DNA from: Cenococcum geophilum
Lineage: Eukaryota
DNA length: 64,000 nt
Assembly (NCBI GenBank): GCA_050273025.1
Contig: CP158635.1
Coordinates: 3,906,001 to 3,970,000, forward strand
Direction of reading: 5' to 3'
Shown here: positions 38,019 through 51,894 of the stretch, piece by piece
Layout of the letters: each line of letters begins with the position of its first letter
How positions within the stretch are numbered: position 1 is the first letter of the stretch
Notes under the pieces: model-generated
What the model was told of the DNA's origin: nothing
The model's database searches: none
Seen by the model: only the letters and a program-made list of their open reading frames with translations
Made by a program: the position numbers and the translations under genes

Positions 38019-41000
38019 TATAACAGAATTCCCTAGAAGGTACATATTAGATAAGACAAAAGGAGGTCTTATCTATATTCCATCTATATCCTAGAAGACA
38101 TGGTTAGACAGATAAGGGGTAAAGGGTTTTACTAGCGTCTTAAAAGGATTATATAGGGAGCTGGTTCTCCTCTAGAGAAGAACTAGTAATTAGTCTCTAA
38201 ATAGAAGTGGTTAGAAGCATTTGTCCTTTAATATGTAAAACTTATTCTACCTTTAACTTACCTTTAACTTACCTTCTACTTACCGGTAATACTATCGATT
38301 AGATAATTATACGTTCCGGTTAGGTTAGCCTCTTACAATTCTAATCACTCTTAATCCTTTATGGAAGGAACGTACGGCTATTAATTAACGATGACGGGCT
38401 ATACCTCCTTACCCCCCGAAACGACGCCCCTACCGTAAGAGGCTTAAAGAGTCTCCCCAGAGGAGCGCATTCCCTCTTCCTACGAGGAAGCCACGGCTGG
38501 TCTGTCTAACCTTGCGAGACCCTTAGGAACGATTACCACTAGGGAGTTATTAGAGCGGTCGCTATACAAGACCCTATAAAAAATAAAGGAGTTGGAGATA
38601 TAACTAAGATAAGTATATTAAGACTACTAAGAATAATTGTAAGGACAATTAGGGAAAGTATAGATACCCTAGACACAAAGCGGACTTAAAGGGGTAACGC
38701 CACACTACGCTGTAATGTTAGAAAAACCTAAATTTCGCATAAAGGAACCTAATAAGTACTATAGTAATAGTCTTTGGAACTATAATTATTTTATCCGTTA
38801 ATACGAAACCAAGTTTTAGCTGGATCTAAAATGTTACTCCAACAAGTATAACTAGACATTAATTGCTTTTACCTTCCTACGTGGCACCGTTAAGAGTTTA
38901 TAGACACGCTATAAAAAGAAACTTACTATACCCCTTAAATTTAGTAAACTTAGGACCTAGTTAGTTAATTAGGTCTAAGACCCTACTAATCGCGGGATAG
39001 ACTATAACTAGTGATACCACGACGCCAAACAGAGGGATAGTTAGACTGTGGTCTAGTTTATAAACTACTTAGAAGAACTAGAAGATAATATACCCTACTT
39101 AGATCTATGGGATAACGCTATATAACTTCACTAGCTACTTGCTAAGCTATAACCTAAGATTTAATAGGCTATATAAAAGAAGGGCGAAATTCCTACCTCT
39201 TAAGAAAAGCTTATCTCTAAAGCTACTTAGATTAAGAATGCTAAAAGAGACTATCTAGGCAAGCGAAAGAAATGAGACGCCAATAATAAAGAGCGTAGGA
39301 CTAGACCTAGCTTTAATAATAGGGGTAGATTCCGACCTAACCGCTCTACAGAAGGACAACATAAGCAGGCCTTATAGCCCTAGAGTAACGCTGGTTAACC
39401 CTAAAATAATAATGGGCAGAGACCTAATCCGTAGGAGGGGAACTGGGAGACACGTACCTATTATAACTGCGGCAAGAAGGGCCATATAAGCCGCTTCTGC
39501 CGGTAGAAAAAGTAAGAGTCGGCCTAATTGGGAAAAGAGACAGCCTAGTAGATCTTTACTCCCTTATACTAGGCTAGTAAGAGAAGGAGGGAGTAAACTA
39601 CCGTATGGTTATTCCTGTTTCTATTTAAGTTAATAATAAATAGGTGACGTAAGACTGCCTTATAGACAGCGGCGCGAGTATAGGGTTTATTTCTTAATTA
39701 CTAGTAAAAGAATTAGATTTGGACCTTAGCGGCTTACAGGTATATACCGTTTAAAGTATTAAAGGCTACCGGATTCTATGTTATGGGGAATAGGCTTTTT
39801 CTATAGCCAGCTAGGACCGCGAGGGTCTATAGGACACGCAGAAGATGCGCTTCTGTGCCGCAGAAATTAAGGGGTACAACCTTATTTTGGGATACCTATG
39901 GCTTTACTAAGTTAATCCGGATATTAATTGGCCTTTAGCCTTATATTAATATTAGAAGTCTTAACCGTGTATTATAGTTAAAGATTAAGAGACTTTCTTA
40001 AACTATATATAAGAAGAAGGGTGGGTATATGCTATATATGCTACTCTTAACACTAAGAACGGGGACACAGGATATTTATTTTTAGATGTTCGGCTATACG
40101 CAGTTAAGGAACTAGAGATTCTATAGGAATATATAGACTTAGAGGATGTTTCTAGTAAAGAGGCTGCATAAACCTTACCTAACCCTATATTGGTTAAGTA
40201 TAAGATAGACACAGGGGATAAATAACCTCCTTTTAGACCACTATATAACCTGTTAGAAAATAAGCTAGCGGTACTACATTAATATATAGTGGATAATCTT
40301 TAGAGAGGATGGATTTGGCCCTCTATAAGCCCGGCAGGGGTACTAATTATATTTATACCTAAGAAGGACGGGACCCTTTACCTCTATATTAACTATCAGG
40401 CGCTAAATAAGATTACTATAAAGAATTGCTACCCGTACCCTTAATAGGGGAGCTTATTAATAGGCTATTAGGCGTAAAGATATTTATAAAATTAGATCTA
40501 AAAAATATATACTATTAAATCCGGATTAAAGCCGGCGATAAGTAGAAAACGGCGTTCTAAATATAGTACGGCCACTTTAAGTACCTAGTGATGCCATTTG
40601 GGCTCACTAACGCACTAGCGATATTTTAGGCCTATATTAATAAGGCATTATTGGGCCTATTAGACACAATATATATGGTCTACCTTAATAATATTATAGT
40701 CTACTTTAATAACTACGAAGTATATACGCACCACGTACAAATGGTACTAGAAAGACTATAGGAATATAAGCTCTATATAAACCTAAAAAAGTGCACGTTC
40801 TATACTACTAGTATTAATTTTTTAGGCTTTATTATTAGCGTTAACGGAGTGTTAATGGAGAAAAGTTGGGTAGGCGCTATTAGGGAATGGCCCTACCCTA
40901 TAATATTTAGAGAAGTATAGGTTTTCTTAGGTACGGCAAACTTCTACCAAACGTTTATTATTTACTACTTATAAGTAATACTCCCAATTACCAATCTACT

Positions 41001-44000
41001 AAAAAGATCTAAGAATAGTAAGAAGTTAGGACCCTTTATATTTAGGGAAGCTGCTAAGCAGGCTATAGACTGGTTAAAGGATTTATTTACGTCGGCGCCT
41101 ATCCTAATATACTTCTATTAGGAGCTATATATATACTTTAAAACGAATACATCCGGCTTTACCCTAGGGGCAATTATATCTTAATTAAAAGACGGAAAAT
41201 AGTATCCTATAGCGTTTTAGTCTAGGAAAATAACCCCTATAGAATAGCGTTATATAACGCACGACCAGGAGTTACTCGCGATAGTTACAGTAATAAAGCA
41301 CTAGCGACATTATTATATAAGAAGCAATTACCCTATTAAAGTCCTTACAGACCATAATAACCTAGAATACTTTATAACTATAAAGGTATTAAGTAGTTAA
41401 TAAGCCAGGTAGGTAGAGGCACTATTATAGTACAATTTTAAGATTATATACCGCCTAGGAAAGATAAATCCTGCTAATAGGTTATTAAGACGTCTAGATT
41501 ATAAGATAGGGAGGATCTAAGACAGCATAGGGGAAATAATCCCTATATTATAAAATTTGCTTAAAAAGAAAGAAGACTTTTTCCCTAGAACTATAGAATT
41601 TCGCGGTAGAATAGAGGTCCTAGTAATATAGCTATAAAGCGATATAATTATAGAGCCGTAGGATATAGTTATAGACTAGGTTATAGACCAAGCAGACATT
41701 ATAAAGTTGGCGTACCCTAGAATTAGTGAGAATTCTATAGGATATGCTAGAGGTATTACGGCACCTTTAACTTAACGGCGTATTAGCTACAAGTTTTCGG
41801 ATCTAAGAGGGATAGGTAAGATATCTATCCGCAGCGTAATACACTGCATAATGGTAGGAGAATCTACTAGCACTAATAGTTTAAAACGTCTTGTGCTACG
41901 CCTTAAGTCTATAATAGCGGCAGGCGAAATAGAAGCAAGTAATCTATATAAAACCTTTCCAGATCTTCTTCTTTAAGCTTAATAAAGGAACGCCTTTGCC
42001 TCTAGGGAGAGGTAGAAAGATATAGTAGAGACCAACTTAGCCGGAGTTATTAAGAAGCTATAGTAGCAAGACTAAAAGGGTCTATTACGCTTTAAGGGTA
42101 CTGCATATATCCTAAAGGACTAGGCAATTTAAGACGAAATTTTAAAGATCTTCTATAACAACCCTCTTAGGGGTTACTACGGTGCCAATAGAACCCTTAA
42201 GGCCGTTTAAAGGAAATACTTTTAGGACAGAATGTCTAAAGAGGTTAAGGACTATATATTAAGGTATAATATATACCAAAGGATATAGATATCCAGGCAT
42301 TACCCATACGGCGAGTTATTAGTACTTCCTATTCCGTAGGGACCCATATTAAAATTAACAATAGATTTTATTATAGGCTTACCTCCTACTAAGATAAGAA
42401 CTAGAGAGGTTGCTAACGCTATTCTAGTAATCGTTAATAGGTATACAAAGTTTTTAGGATACTTTACTATTATAATAATAATCATAGCAGCAGAACTGGC
42501 AGACCTATTTTTAAAATAGTAGCTCTTATTTAGCACGCTAAGGGGAATTATGTCTAATAGAGGTACCGTATTTAACAGTGCATTTTAGTCTTTATTCTGT
42601 CTCTTATTAAAAATACGGTAAAGAATAAGCACTACCTTCTACCTATAAATAAACGGGCAAATAGAGCGTTTAAATATATTATTAGAACACTACCTCCGCT
42701 ACTATATTAATTATTAATAGGATAATTAGACATTATAGTTAGCTCTAACGCAGCACGTATATAATATAAGCATCTATAGTAGTATAAAAATGACCCCTTA
42801 TAAAGCATTATTTAGGGTAAAAGTAAATAACCCCTAGAACGTTAAGGACATCGTTCCTAAAAGAGAGGTACTAGTGGCGTCTAAAAGAATTAAGCAAATA
42901 AGAATTCGCAAAGAGGAACTTAAAAAGCACTTACTAGACACCTAGGCCGTATAAAAAAGGTACTATAATAAAAAACATATACTAAAATAATTTAAAATAG
43001 GAGACGAAGTCTTACTATTTATAAAAAATATCTAAATAAAACGCATTAAGAAGAAGCTAGATTACCAGTGGCTCGGACCCTTTAAGATAGTTAAGAAAAT
43101 TAAAGAAAACTAAGCCTATAAATTAGAATTACTAAAATCTTATCTAATATATCCCATATTTTATATTTCCTTACTAGAGCTATACTAGAGAAGAGATAGT
43201 GCGAAACCGCCTCTACCTAGCAAAATTAATAGGGAACTAGAATAGAATATAGAAGATATTTTAAACTAAAGATGGCGCCAAAAAAAGCGCGAATTTTTAG
43301 TTTATTAGGAAGGATACTCCTAGGCGCATAATAGTTGGGAACCTAAGAAGTACCTTCGGCCGGGATATAATACCGTAATTAAAACCTTCCTAAGAACCAA
43401 AGGTAAAGATTTAGAAATGGTTCCGGATATGCTATAGGTGAAGTAATAGGGAAGACCCCATAAATTAAAACTATAGGATTAAGTATAGGCATTAAGAACA
43501 GAAACGTTTTACCATTATAATAGGGATCCTAAAATCCTATAAGAGGAAGCCTATAGGGATCTATAGGAGAACTACTAGGGATACTATTTAAAGAAGACGC
43601 TGTCTAAGAAGGAGCAGTAGCACTATAAGAAGTGGCCTTAAGGATTTAGAAAGATTCCCTAGGAATAAAAGGAGAGTATCTAGCCTAGCACTAAAGATAT
43701 ATAGTAAAGTTAATGGTATAAAGAGGAGCAAAAGGACAGCCTATAAAGAATTAAAAATTTTAAGAAATTATAAGGCACCTATAGGAATACTACCCGTTTA
43801 TTATATATAGGGATTATAGTAGTGTACTGCGTTTATATAGATTGTTACCAAAGCTTAGAATAAAGGCATCCCTAAAGTATAAAGTTAATTCCTAATAATA
43901 GGGCATCCTAGAGGTACCTAAGAAGCACTATATAAAGCTATTTTATAAGAAGAAGGAAAGAGCTAGGTAATAACTTAAATACTAGCAGCAGTAATAGGAG

Positions 44001-45754
44001 CCTCCTCTTCCATCTTAATATTATTATTAATAGTATTATTAGCTCCTCTATCCCTAGAATTATTAGTACTTCCACTAATATTCTTTTTAGAATAATGGGT
44101 ACTAGAAGGACTAGCACGGGCAGGAGACTGGCGAGGAGAACGTTTATCTTAACCTTTATCGCTATCCTTAGTATCCCTAGGTTCTAAATTGGCGTCTAAG
44201 TAGGGATTAGAGAGATATTAGCTAAAGAAGTTAGTATAGTTCTTAAGTAAGTTACTAGAGAAACTTACCTAGCTAAAGTAGCCCACGTAAGAGTACAAAT
44301 GTTATTATTAATAAGGACGAGCTGTTCGCATATACGCTCCTAGATACTATATATCTAAGAACGTTGCGTCTCTATAGCAGTAGAAACCCTTATAGAATTA
44401 AAGAGTCTATAAGTAAGGGAAAATACCTTTTATCCCCGCCTGTCACTATTAGGATATTGGCGGAAATCTTAGATAGCATATTGGAGCCTATAAGTCTTAT
44501 ACGTATAGATAGCGGGGATTTAGCATAATTAGCGAAATCTAGAATAGGACGGAATAGGAAATACTAGAACGCAGGTCTTTCTCCTACTGCGACAATAGGA
44601 GTACTTGGATTTATTTTCGCCGGAGTAAGGCATCTTATAGACATAAGAAGGGTCCTACGTGAGAGCATAAACGTAGCGACAATAGCATTTTAGGGAAACT
44701 GCCGTAGGAGCAACAGACGCTGTCTAGGGCGTCACTGGGAGATTAATAATACTGCTGCCGGTCTGGGGACGCGCAGAAGGACTATAAGCTATTATAAGAG
44801 AATACTCTAAGAAGTTAGCATCGTTATAAGAGATAAGGTAGGGATCCTATTACTTATAAACGTATTATAAGAAGAGAATAAAGCAGCTATAAAAGAACAG
44901 CTAGAGACACGGAAGCTAAAAGCGGAGATATAGAGGAAATAGTCTGCTAAAAGATGAGACGAATAGTGTTATTAATAAAAAGACGCGTAAGAGGCGACAG
45001 CTTATAAACTAGAAGAAAATTAAAATAAAAACGTCATCATTAGAGCCCATTTTAGGTGAATGGGGATGGTGGCTCGTGGACGCGTTATATAGGACAACCT
45101 CCAGATCAACTTATAACAAACTCTTATAATAAGAAAAGGTAAATCCCATCTAATTTTTATTATTATTATTTTAGTTCTATTATAAAGGTATTATAAGGAA
45201 CTATAGTAGGAGAAGAGCAGAGGAACTAAGAATAAAGTAAGGTTTTACGCTAGTAAAGAACTAGCTATAAGCCGCATTATAGAGTACCTTTCTACTAAGA
45301 ATTTCCCTAGTAGTTTTAGCTGGAACTCTATAAAAGCTTAATAGAGGCGAAGTCTTGGAGGACCAAGACCCTTAAAGGGGAGGCAATTGTAACGGAATTC
45401 CCTAGAAGGTACATATTAGATAAGACAGAAGGAGGTCTTATCTATGTTCCAGAAGGAGGTCTCATCTATATTCCAGAAGGAGGTCTTATCTATATTCTAT
45501 CTACGTCCTAGAAGACACAGTTAGACAAATAAGGGGTAAAGGGTTTTGCTAGCGTCTTAAAAGAATTATATAGGGAGCTAGTTCTCCTCTAGAGAAGAAC
45601 TAGCGATTAGTATCTAAATAGAAGTGGTTAGAAGCATTTGTCCTTTAATACGTAAAACTTATTCTACCTTTAACTTACCTTTAACTTACCTTCTACTTAC
45701 CGGTGACACTGTTAATTAGATAATCATACGTTCCGGTTAGGTTAGCCTCTTACA
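38019..45754 (+). mobile_element. Full-length Ty3/Gypsy chromovirus I inserted in the gag of C
   Basis: LTRs 38019-38337 and 45388-45754; TSD ttatt (38014-38018, 45755-45759); PPT aaaggggagg before the 3' LTR. Confidence 0.95.
38391..43480 (+). pseudogene. Gypsy I gag-pol: zinc knuckle, protease, RT, RNase H, integrase, chromodomain
   Basis: (C)YNCGKKGHISRFCR about 39459; gggaaaa slippery-like site about 39530; CLIDSGA about 39655; YLVMPFGLTNA; YL(DD)IIVY at 40681; HDQELLAIV; WLGPF; FLV..EGYS..HNSWEP. Confidence 0.9.
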
Positions 45755-47167
45755 TTATTATTACTCTTTTAAAGTACCCTTTGTTATATATACCTTAATT
45801 AATCTAAATAGCGTTAGTCCGTACTTATTATCGGCTAATTTAATTATCTCTCTACTCTATTTAGTTTGGTCTTCTTCTTATACTATATTATATAAAGACT
45901 AAGGGAGTATTTTGCCTTATTTGTGGTTAATATTAACCCATACTCCTTTAATATTTAGGTAATTATATAGTTACTAAAGCCAGTATAAGGGGATTTGCGT
46001 AAAGGTACCAACTATAAAGTCCTTAAAATCTCCCTAGAACGATTTCTAGAGTATTAAGTCTAGCTAGTTATATATTTCCGTATAAACGTATATCTTATAT
46101 TATAGGTAGTTAGTTAGTTCATCTTTAGGGGGCTTCTATTAGGTTAATTTTATTTTCCTATTTAGCTGCTTCTTCCTCCTAGTCTTTCTCTATCCCTAAC
46201 ATCTTATATTTTATATATTTAAGTAGGTAAGGGTAAAGGTAGGGTAAAGGTAGGGGGCGGTTAAGGGGGTGGTTCGATTAAGTAGGGTAAGGTGTTCTAC
46301 GTAGTAGTTCTCTAGAATAGATAGAACGAGATATCTAGGAGTTATTGTGGATACTAAACAAGTACTCCTAAGTAGTTTCTCTTCTTCTCTTTAACTAAAA
46401 TAGGCTAATACAAAAGATAGATAAATATAACTATCTTTTAATCTACTATAAGGTAGATATTATAACCGTCTTCTAAGCTATCTGCGTGTTTCCTAATCTA
46501 TACGCACTTACTAATTAGTATTAGTATACTTTAACAACATATAGAATATATATATTACGATAATATATACTATACAGTATTATAGATAGATATTAATTCT
46601 CTAGGATTTACGCGTTGTAAAGGATAAAGCTTATTACGTATCCTCCTATAGCTTTTACCAACTAATTAGAATTTTCTATCCTTAGGATAGAAAATCGCTA
46701 TTAGCTCGCTTGCCACTAGCGCCTTGGCCTCCCTTATAATATATCTACTATTATAATGCAATATATTCTAGCTATAATAAGAATAAATCCTAAATACCTA
46801 ATCTAAAAAGTCACTATATAGACATGTCTATGTGGCCAAGCGAGCACTGCAGCACCCCTGCATCTTAGCAACACCAATATTATCAACATTCACAAAATTG
46901 AGCCTTGCTTGCTTGCTTTCTATATTAGTCTTATTTAAGAGCCAATGCCTTATTTACTCAATTTCTAATAATTGATTATTGCTGTTGATGACTTAACAAC
47001 CTATACGCTCGTCTAAACCTTTATAAATCGTCTGTGAAAACCTTAAAAACTTAACCAATGACGACATACTTAACGAGCTAAACTCCTCAGAGGTTACCTA
47101 CCAGTCTCCCTCACCTTCCCCTATACCTTTAGGCGATACGCCAGCATCACAGTCTCCATCCTCTATA

Positions 47168-48103
47168 ATGGCGCCTCTCTCCGTAGCTTAACGCGAGACT
47201 TTAGCCACTAAAAAAGCTAAAGAACGGCTCTAATAACTATATAAGGAGGACCTAAGAATTAGAAAAGCTTAGGTAAAGGAGGTTAAGGACTAGGCAACTA
47301 ACTGGAAAATAAGACTCCTTTAGGAACAGGAGGACCGTACTAAAATGCTACGCATCTAAAAAGAATAGGGGGATTGGGCGACTAAACTCCATATATTAAG
47401 CCTCGCTATGGTAATAGCGAGATTAGCTATAACAGTATTATCCTTAACCCCAATTAATAAACTGGGTAAGTTACTCCCCTTTATAGCTAATATCCTAAAT
47501 ACCCTCCTCCCTAGCGTCCCGAATAAAGAGATACTTAAGGTATTTTAGGGTACTTTCTTACCTAATAACCTCTCTTACCTCCGGATACACTAGCTCTAGT
47601 CTAAGCCTTAAAATAATATCCTTATCGTTAATAGCATTCTTTCTATAAAACCGAAAGAAGGGACGATAAAGGACTACCTATTAGTTAAAGTGTGGGTAGA
47701 GGGCTTCCTTAACTATATAATAATTTTAATTATTATATATAAGAATCTTTCAGTAGATCTTATTCCCTAAATGCTTACCTTTTATAATTAAGTTATCTAG
47801 CTATCTACTACCTACCAAATTGCTCCCTTAATGACTATAGCCTTAGAGCACCACTCTATAGTTATTTAAAAGAATTAGTTAGAGCTAGCCAACTAAAAGA
47901 TCTCCAGTAACTTCCTAAATATCTATTATAATCCTAGTACTTATAAATCCGCATCTATCTTAAAACGCGCGTAAGTAAGCACTAATATCTTAAGGACCTG
48001 TTATAGCTTTAATAGAGGGAAGTATAACCTGGGCAAGGATTACAAGTTCCCGCATACCTACAGTAAGTGCGGTGGCCTATATGCTGCGAGAAATTATAAG
48101 TAG
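47168..48103 (+). pseudogene. Ngaro gag-like ORF with C-terminal Cys/His zinc finger
   Basis: RIP-reverted C.SFNRGKCNLGKDCKFPHTCSKCGG.HAA.NC at about 47999-48097. Start codon uncertain. Confidence 0.65.
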
Positions 48104-48199
48104 TAATTACTAGAGAAAAGTGTTAATAAGGAAAAGGAAGAGGAGGAAGAGGATTTTATTAAGCTATACCTATACTCTACTAAAACCGTGCTCCACCCT

Positions 48200-49830
48200 T
48201 ATAGTATAGGTAGGCTAAATACTATACCATCATTTCCAGTCTTCTTGCCCTCCTCTCCTCTACAGAACTCTCCCTCCCCCTTAATTATTTAAGCGTGGGG
48301 GCGTTATCTATCTCTATACCCTAGCAACCTCTAACGCAATATTATTAGTATCTTAAAGTTCGGATACTAGATTAGGGCAGACCTAGAAATTAAGCTCTTC
48401 TCCTAGAAGAACTAAGCCTTAACAGCTATAAATACGGTCCTAATTTTAGAGAAGATTAGCGCCGATCTAGATATAGGTAGAATTATAATAGTAACGTCTC
48501 CTATTATATCCTTGCCGCTAGGTTTAGTACTTAAAGCGGATAGGGGATAGCGCCGTATTTATAACTTATCCTTACTATCTAGCCAATCTGTTAACAACTT
48601 AATCCCTATAGCATTTGCTATACTATAATATTTAACAGTTAATTAGGTTCTCTAATACGTTATATATATAGGCCGTAGTTATATAATTATTAAGAGGGAT
48701 ATTAAGGACGCCTTTTAGAATATCCTACTTTCTATTAAAGTTTAATGCCTTATAGGGTTCTCCTAAAAGGGTATAGTGTATTTTAAACGTTGCCTCTTAT
48801 TCGGCCTTTAAACTATACCCTTTTTATTTAATCTTTTTACGGAGGGATTCTACTAGATACTTATCTAATATATCCTAAACGCCGCCTTAGAGCACTATCT
48901 AAATAACTTTATCTTTATACTCTCTAACGCTTCTATCCTCCCTTAATTACTTAGTATATATAACCAATTAAGCAATAAATTAGGCATCCTATAAAACGAA
49001 TTAAAGAATATTAAAGGCACTACAGCTAAAGTCCTAGGTTATATTATAGATACTCTAAAGTCTAAGCTGCGTCTTTCTCCTTTAAAACAGGCCACTATAA
49101 TTAAGGAGATTAATAAAGCGTTAAGTGGTAGATCCCTAACGCTAGTTTAGAGTTAAAAACTAGCTAGTAGACTCGCTTAGAGCGCCCGGGTAATTAGGCT
49201 TAGGTATTTATATAACCGCTCTATTTAGGAGTTTATCTCCACTTTTATAAAGGTAAGTAGTTATTCTTACTAACAGCTAACAGCTAAACTTCGCTAAGAC
49301 TTATTATAGTAAAGGGATACTCTTACCCTTTTAAATAATATCCTCTTCTTTAATAATATAGATTAAAAATAATTCTATCTCTTCTTAGACGTATCTAGGA
49401 TTCTTAGTTATAGGGCCTTCTTCTTCCTTAAGGATTCTTAAGGGATAATATAGCCGCCCTATTTGGTATCTCTACCCTAAGACAATTCTTTAAGCTGCTA
49501 CCCTAATACAGAATACCGCCTTACCCTAATTAATAAGCGGGAGGTCTAAGTAATTATAACCTCATTTTAGCTCTAGGCAATACAGTAAGAGTATAGCTTA
49601 GTCTATATCTATACGGATAACATAGTAGCACTTTTAAAAATTTAAAATATAGTAGTAAAAGGACCGGGTAATTACCCGCTCCGTAAGATCCTTTAACTAG
49701 CCGCAGCCTATAATATTACGCTCTATACGGAGTAGGTTTCCTCTATAGAAAACGGGCTAGCTAATACTCTATCTTATTTTAATCGCGATAGGGTATTATT
49801 ACTATACCCGTATTAGAATACTTCTAATTT
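48200..49830 (+). pseudogene. Ngaro reverse transcriptase and RNase H
   Basis: PLGLV.KA..G.RRI..LS, KRDIKDAF.NI, RCL.FGL, EHYL(DD)F about 48890, IYT DN, ENGLA..LS.F. Confidence 0.85.
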
Positions 49831-49949
49831 ACCGTTACTATACGCTTCTTTATTATATTTAATCTAACGCTAAAATAAGAGACTTAGTCCCTCTTAAAGA
49901 CCCCCTACCTAATTTCTAAATTAAGGTAAAAGCCCCCTTAAAATACTTT

Positions 49950-50890
49950 GGCCAACTATTATAGCATAGCCTCTTTAATAAAACGAGAGATTTATACTAT
50001 CCCGCAATTAAGAGTTAGGAAGGCTACTATAACCTTTACGGAGCAGTAAAGTACCTAGCGCCCCTCTATTATCTAGGAGAATAGATTACCTAATAGATCT
50101 TTAGCAATACTAGTCCAAAAATAAGCCGTATTAAGCCTACTACAGTTAAAGCCTATATCTCCGTAATTTAATCCCACTATATTAACGCTAATTATAACAC
50201 CTCCGTCTTTAATAATCCTATTATTAAGAGGATCCTAGACGGTGCAATATCCATAAATCCCTCTATTACGGCTAAAAGATTACTAATTACTAAAGATATC
50301 CTCGCCTAATTAGTTACCCTAAATGCTTAATCCGTTAAGGATCTTAACTTCAACGCCGCCGTCACTATAGCCTTTGCGGGATTCCTTTATCTAGGCGAGA
50401 TTACCTATACTAAGGCTTAGAAAGATAGCTACGCCTTCTCTACTATAAAATATACTAGAAACAATATAACGCTAACAAAGGACTATATAATATTATATCT
50501 AAAGCGTAGTAAAACGGACGTTAATTACTAAGGAGTCTTAATTATAATTGCCGCTTTAGGGCAACTTAAATGCGCAGTTTAAGCTATAAAACACCTATTT
50601 AAAAACGACCCTTAACCTAAAAACGCCCCTCTCTTCTACTTTAAGAGATCGGCCTTTATAAGCTACGCGGTTAAAAATAAGCTAAAGTATAGAATTGCCG
50701 CTCTTGGCCTCTACTCTAAGCTTTATAACAAACACTTATTTTAGAAAGGCGCTACTTAATACGCTTAAGATAATGGTTTTATAGACGGCCAAATATAGCA
50801 ACTAAGCTGGTGGTCCTTATAAGCGTTCTAGCTTTACTATTTATTATCCCTAAAAGACCTATTCCGGCTAAGTGTAAACTTCTAATATAA
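49950..50890 (+). pseudogene. Ngaro tyrosine recombinase
   Basis: AFAGFL(R)LGE, LKRSKTD, H(S)F(R)KGA, L(GR)WS..AF.LY: the catalytic R-K-H-R-W-Y pattern after RIP reversion. Confidence 0.85.
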
Positions 50891-51894
50891 AACGCCAATA
50901 CTATTCTTATTATTACTCGCCCTAGATATAATGGGCAAAGGTATTTAGGCATAACGGCGTGTAGAAGTGCCTATTTTAGCACGCTAATACATTAACTTAA
51001 ATCTCTCCTTCCCCCCCCTTTTTTCTTTTTCTTTTTTCCCCCTACTCTACCTTATGTGGTACGGGCGCTGCGCTTTTAGGTCCATAGGCATCACGTTTAG
51101 TTAAGGCAGGGCAATCCTCTGTAAATAGCCTTGCGAATATACCCATTCTTAATTAATGCCTTTAAGCCTATACCTACCAATCAGATTAATTCTTAATCCT
51201 CTTCTCCATAAGCGTGTAAATAATAAATAGACATGTCTATATGGCCAAGCGAGCACTACAGCACCCCTGCATCTTAGTAACACTAATATTATCAACATTT
51301 ACAAAATTAAGCCTTGCTTACTTGCTTTCCCTCCCACCCGCACCTTTTCTTTAGTTATATATTTTAGGCCTTATAAATAGATACTGCAGCGATATGCTTG
51401 CGCACGGGTCTATGGGCATCACGTTTAGTCAAGGCAGGGCAATCCCCTATAAATGGCCTTGCGAATATACCCATTCTCAATTAATGCCTTTAAGCCCGTA
51501 CCTACCAATCAGATTAATTCTTAATCTTCTTCTCCGCAAGCGTGTAAATAATAGACCTTATTTTTAGGAGTAGGATTAGTATCTATTAGCCCTTTAAGGG
51601 ATAGCTAATGAGAATAAGATCTAGACCCCTTAGTAGGGGTATAAGTAGGTATAAAAATAGGAGTAGGACGATAAGGTATCGCTAAAGTAGGGATTTTTAA
51701 ACGCTTAATACTAATATTAGGTCAAAACTAATACTAATAAAGCTTTTAGGGTATAAGCTTATAGTTAATAAAGACATACTTAAGCCTAGAATAAATAGAA
51801 ACGTTAGCTAGCTAGTATAATCTAGAGCCATTAAGACCTTACTACGGTAACTATTAATTACCTATCCACTAGGTACCTAAAGGATAACCTACCT

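Larger units (their letters stand above)
26892..46776 (-). mobile_element. Copia-type retrotransposon C (same clade as J and K), split by D and I. Pieces 26892-31605, 37753-38018, 45755-46776
   Basis: LTRs 26892-27145 and 46519-46776; TSD gtggg (26887-26891) vs RIP-altered ataag (46777-46781). A1 resumes exactly after it. Minus-strand integrase, RT (KSRLV.QAYND, PLYG) and RNase H (RVTRSVLAS.LYA, EKRL.I, EWVE) in 27420-31600. Confidence 0.9.
46819..51555 (+). mobile_element. Ngaro-type (DIRS order) tyrosine-recombinase retrotransposon with split direct repeats A1-ORFs-B1-A2-B2
   Basis: A repeats 46819-46920 and 51228-51329; B repeats 51079-51227 and 51407-51555. No standard TSD; the host A1 sequence cactata|ccttatt rejoins across it. 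Confidence 0.9.

Noticed and set aside
49950..50890. Tyrosine recombinase as a Starship captain, Crypton or phage integrase
   Set aside because: It follows gag and RT/RNase H inside Ngaro split repeats; no cargo genes.
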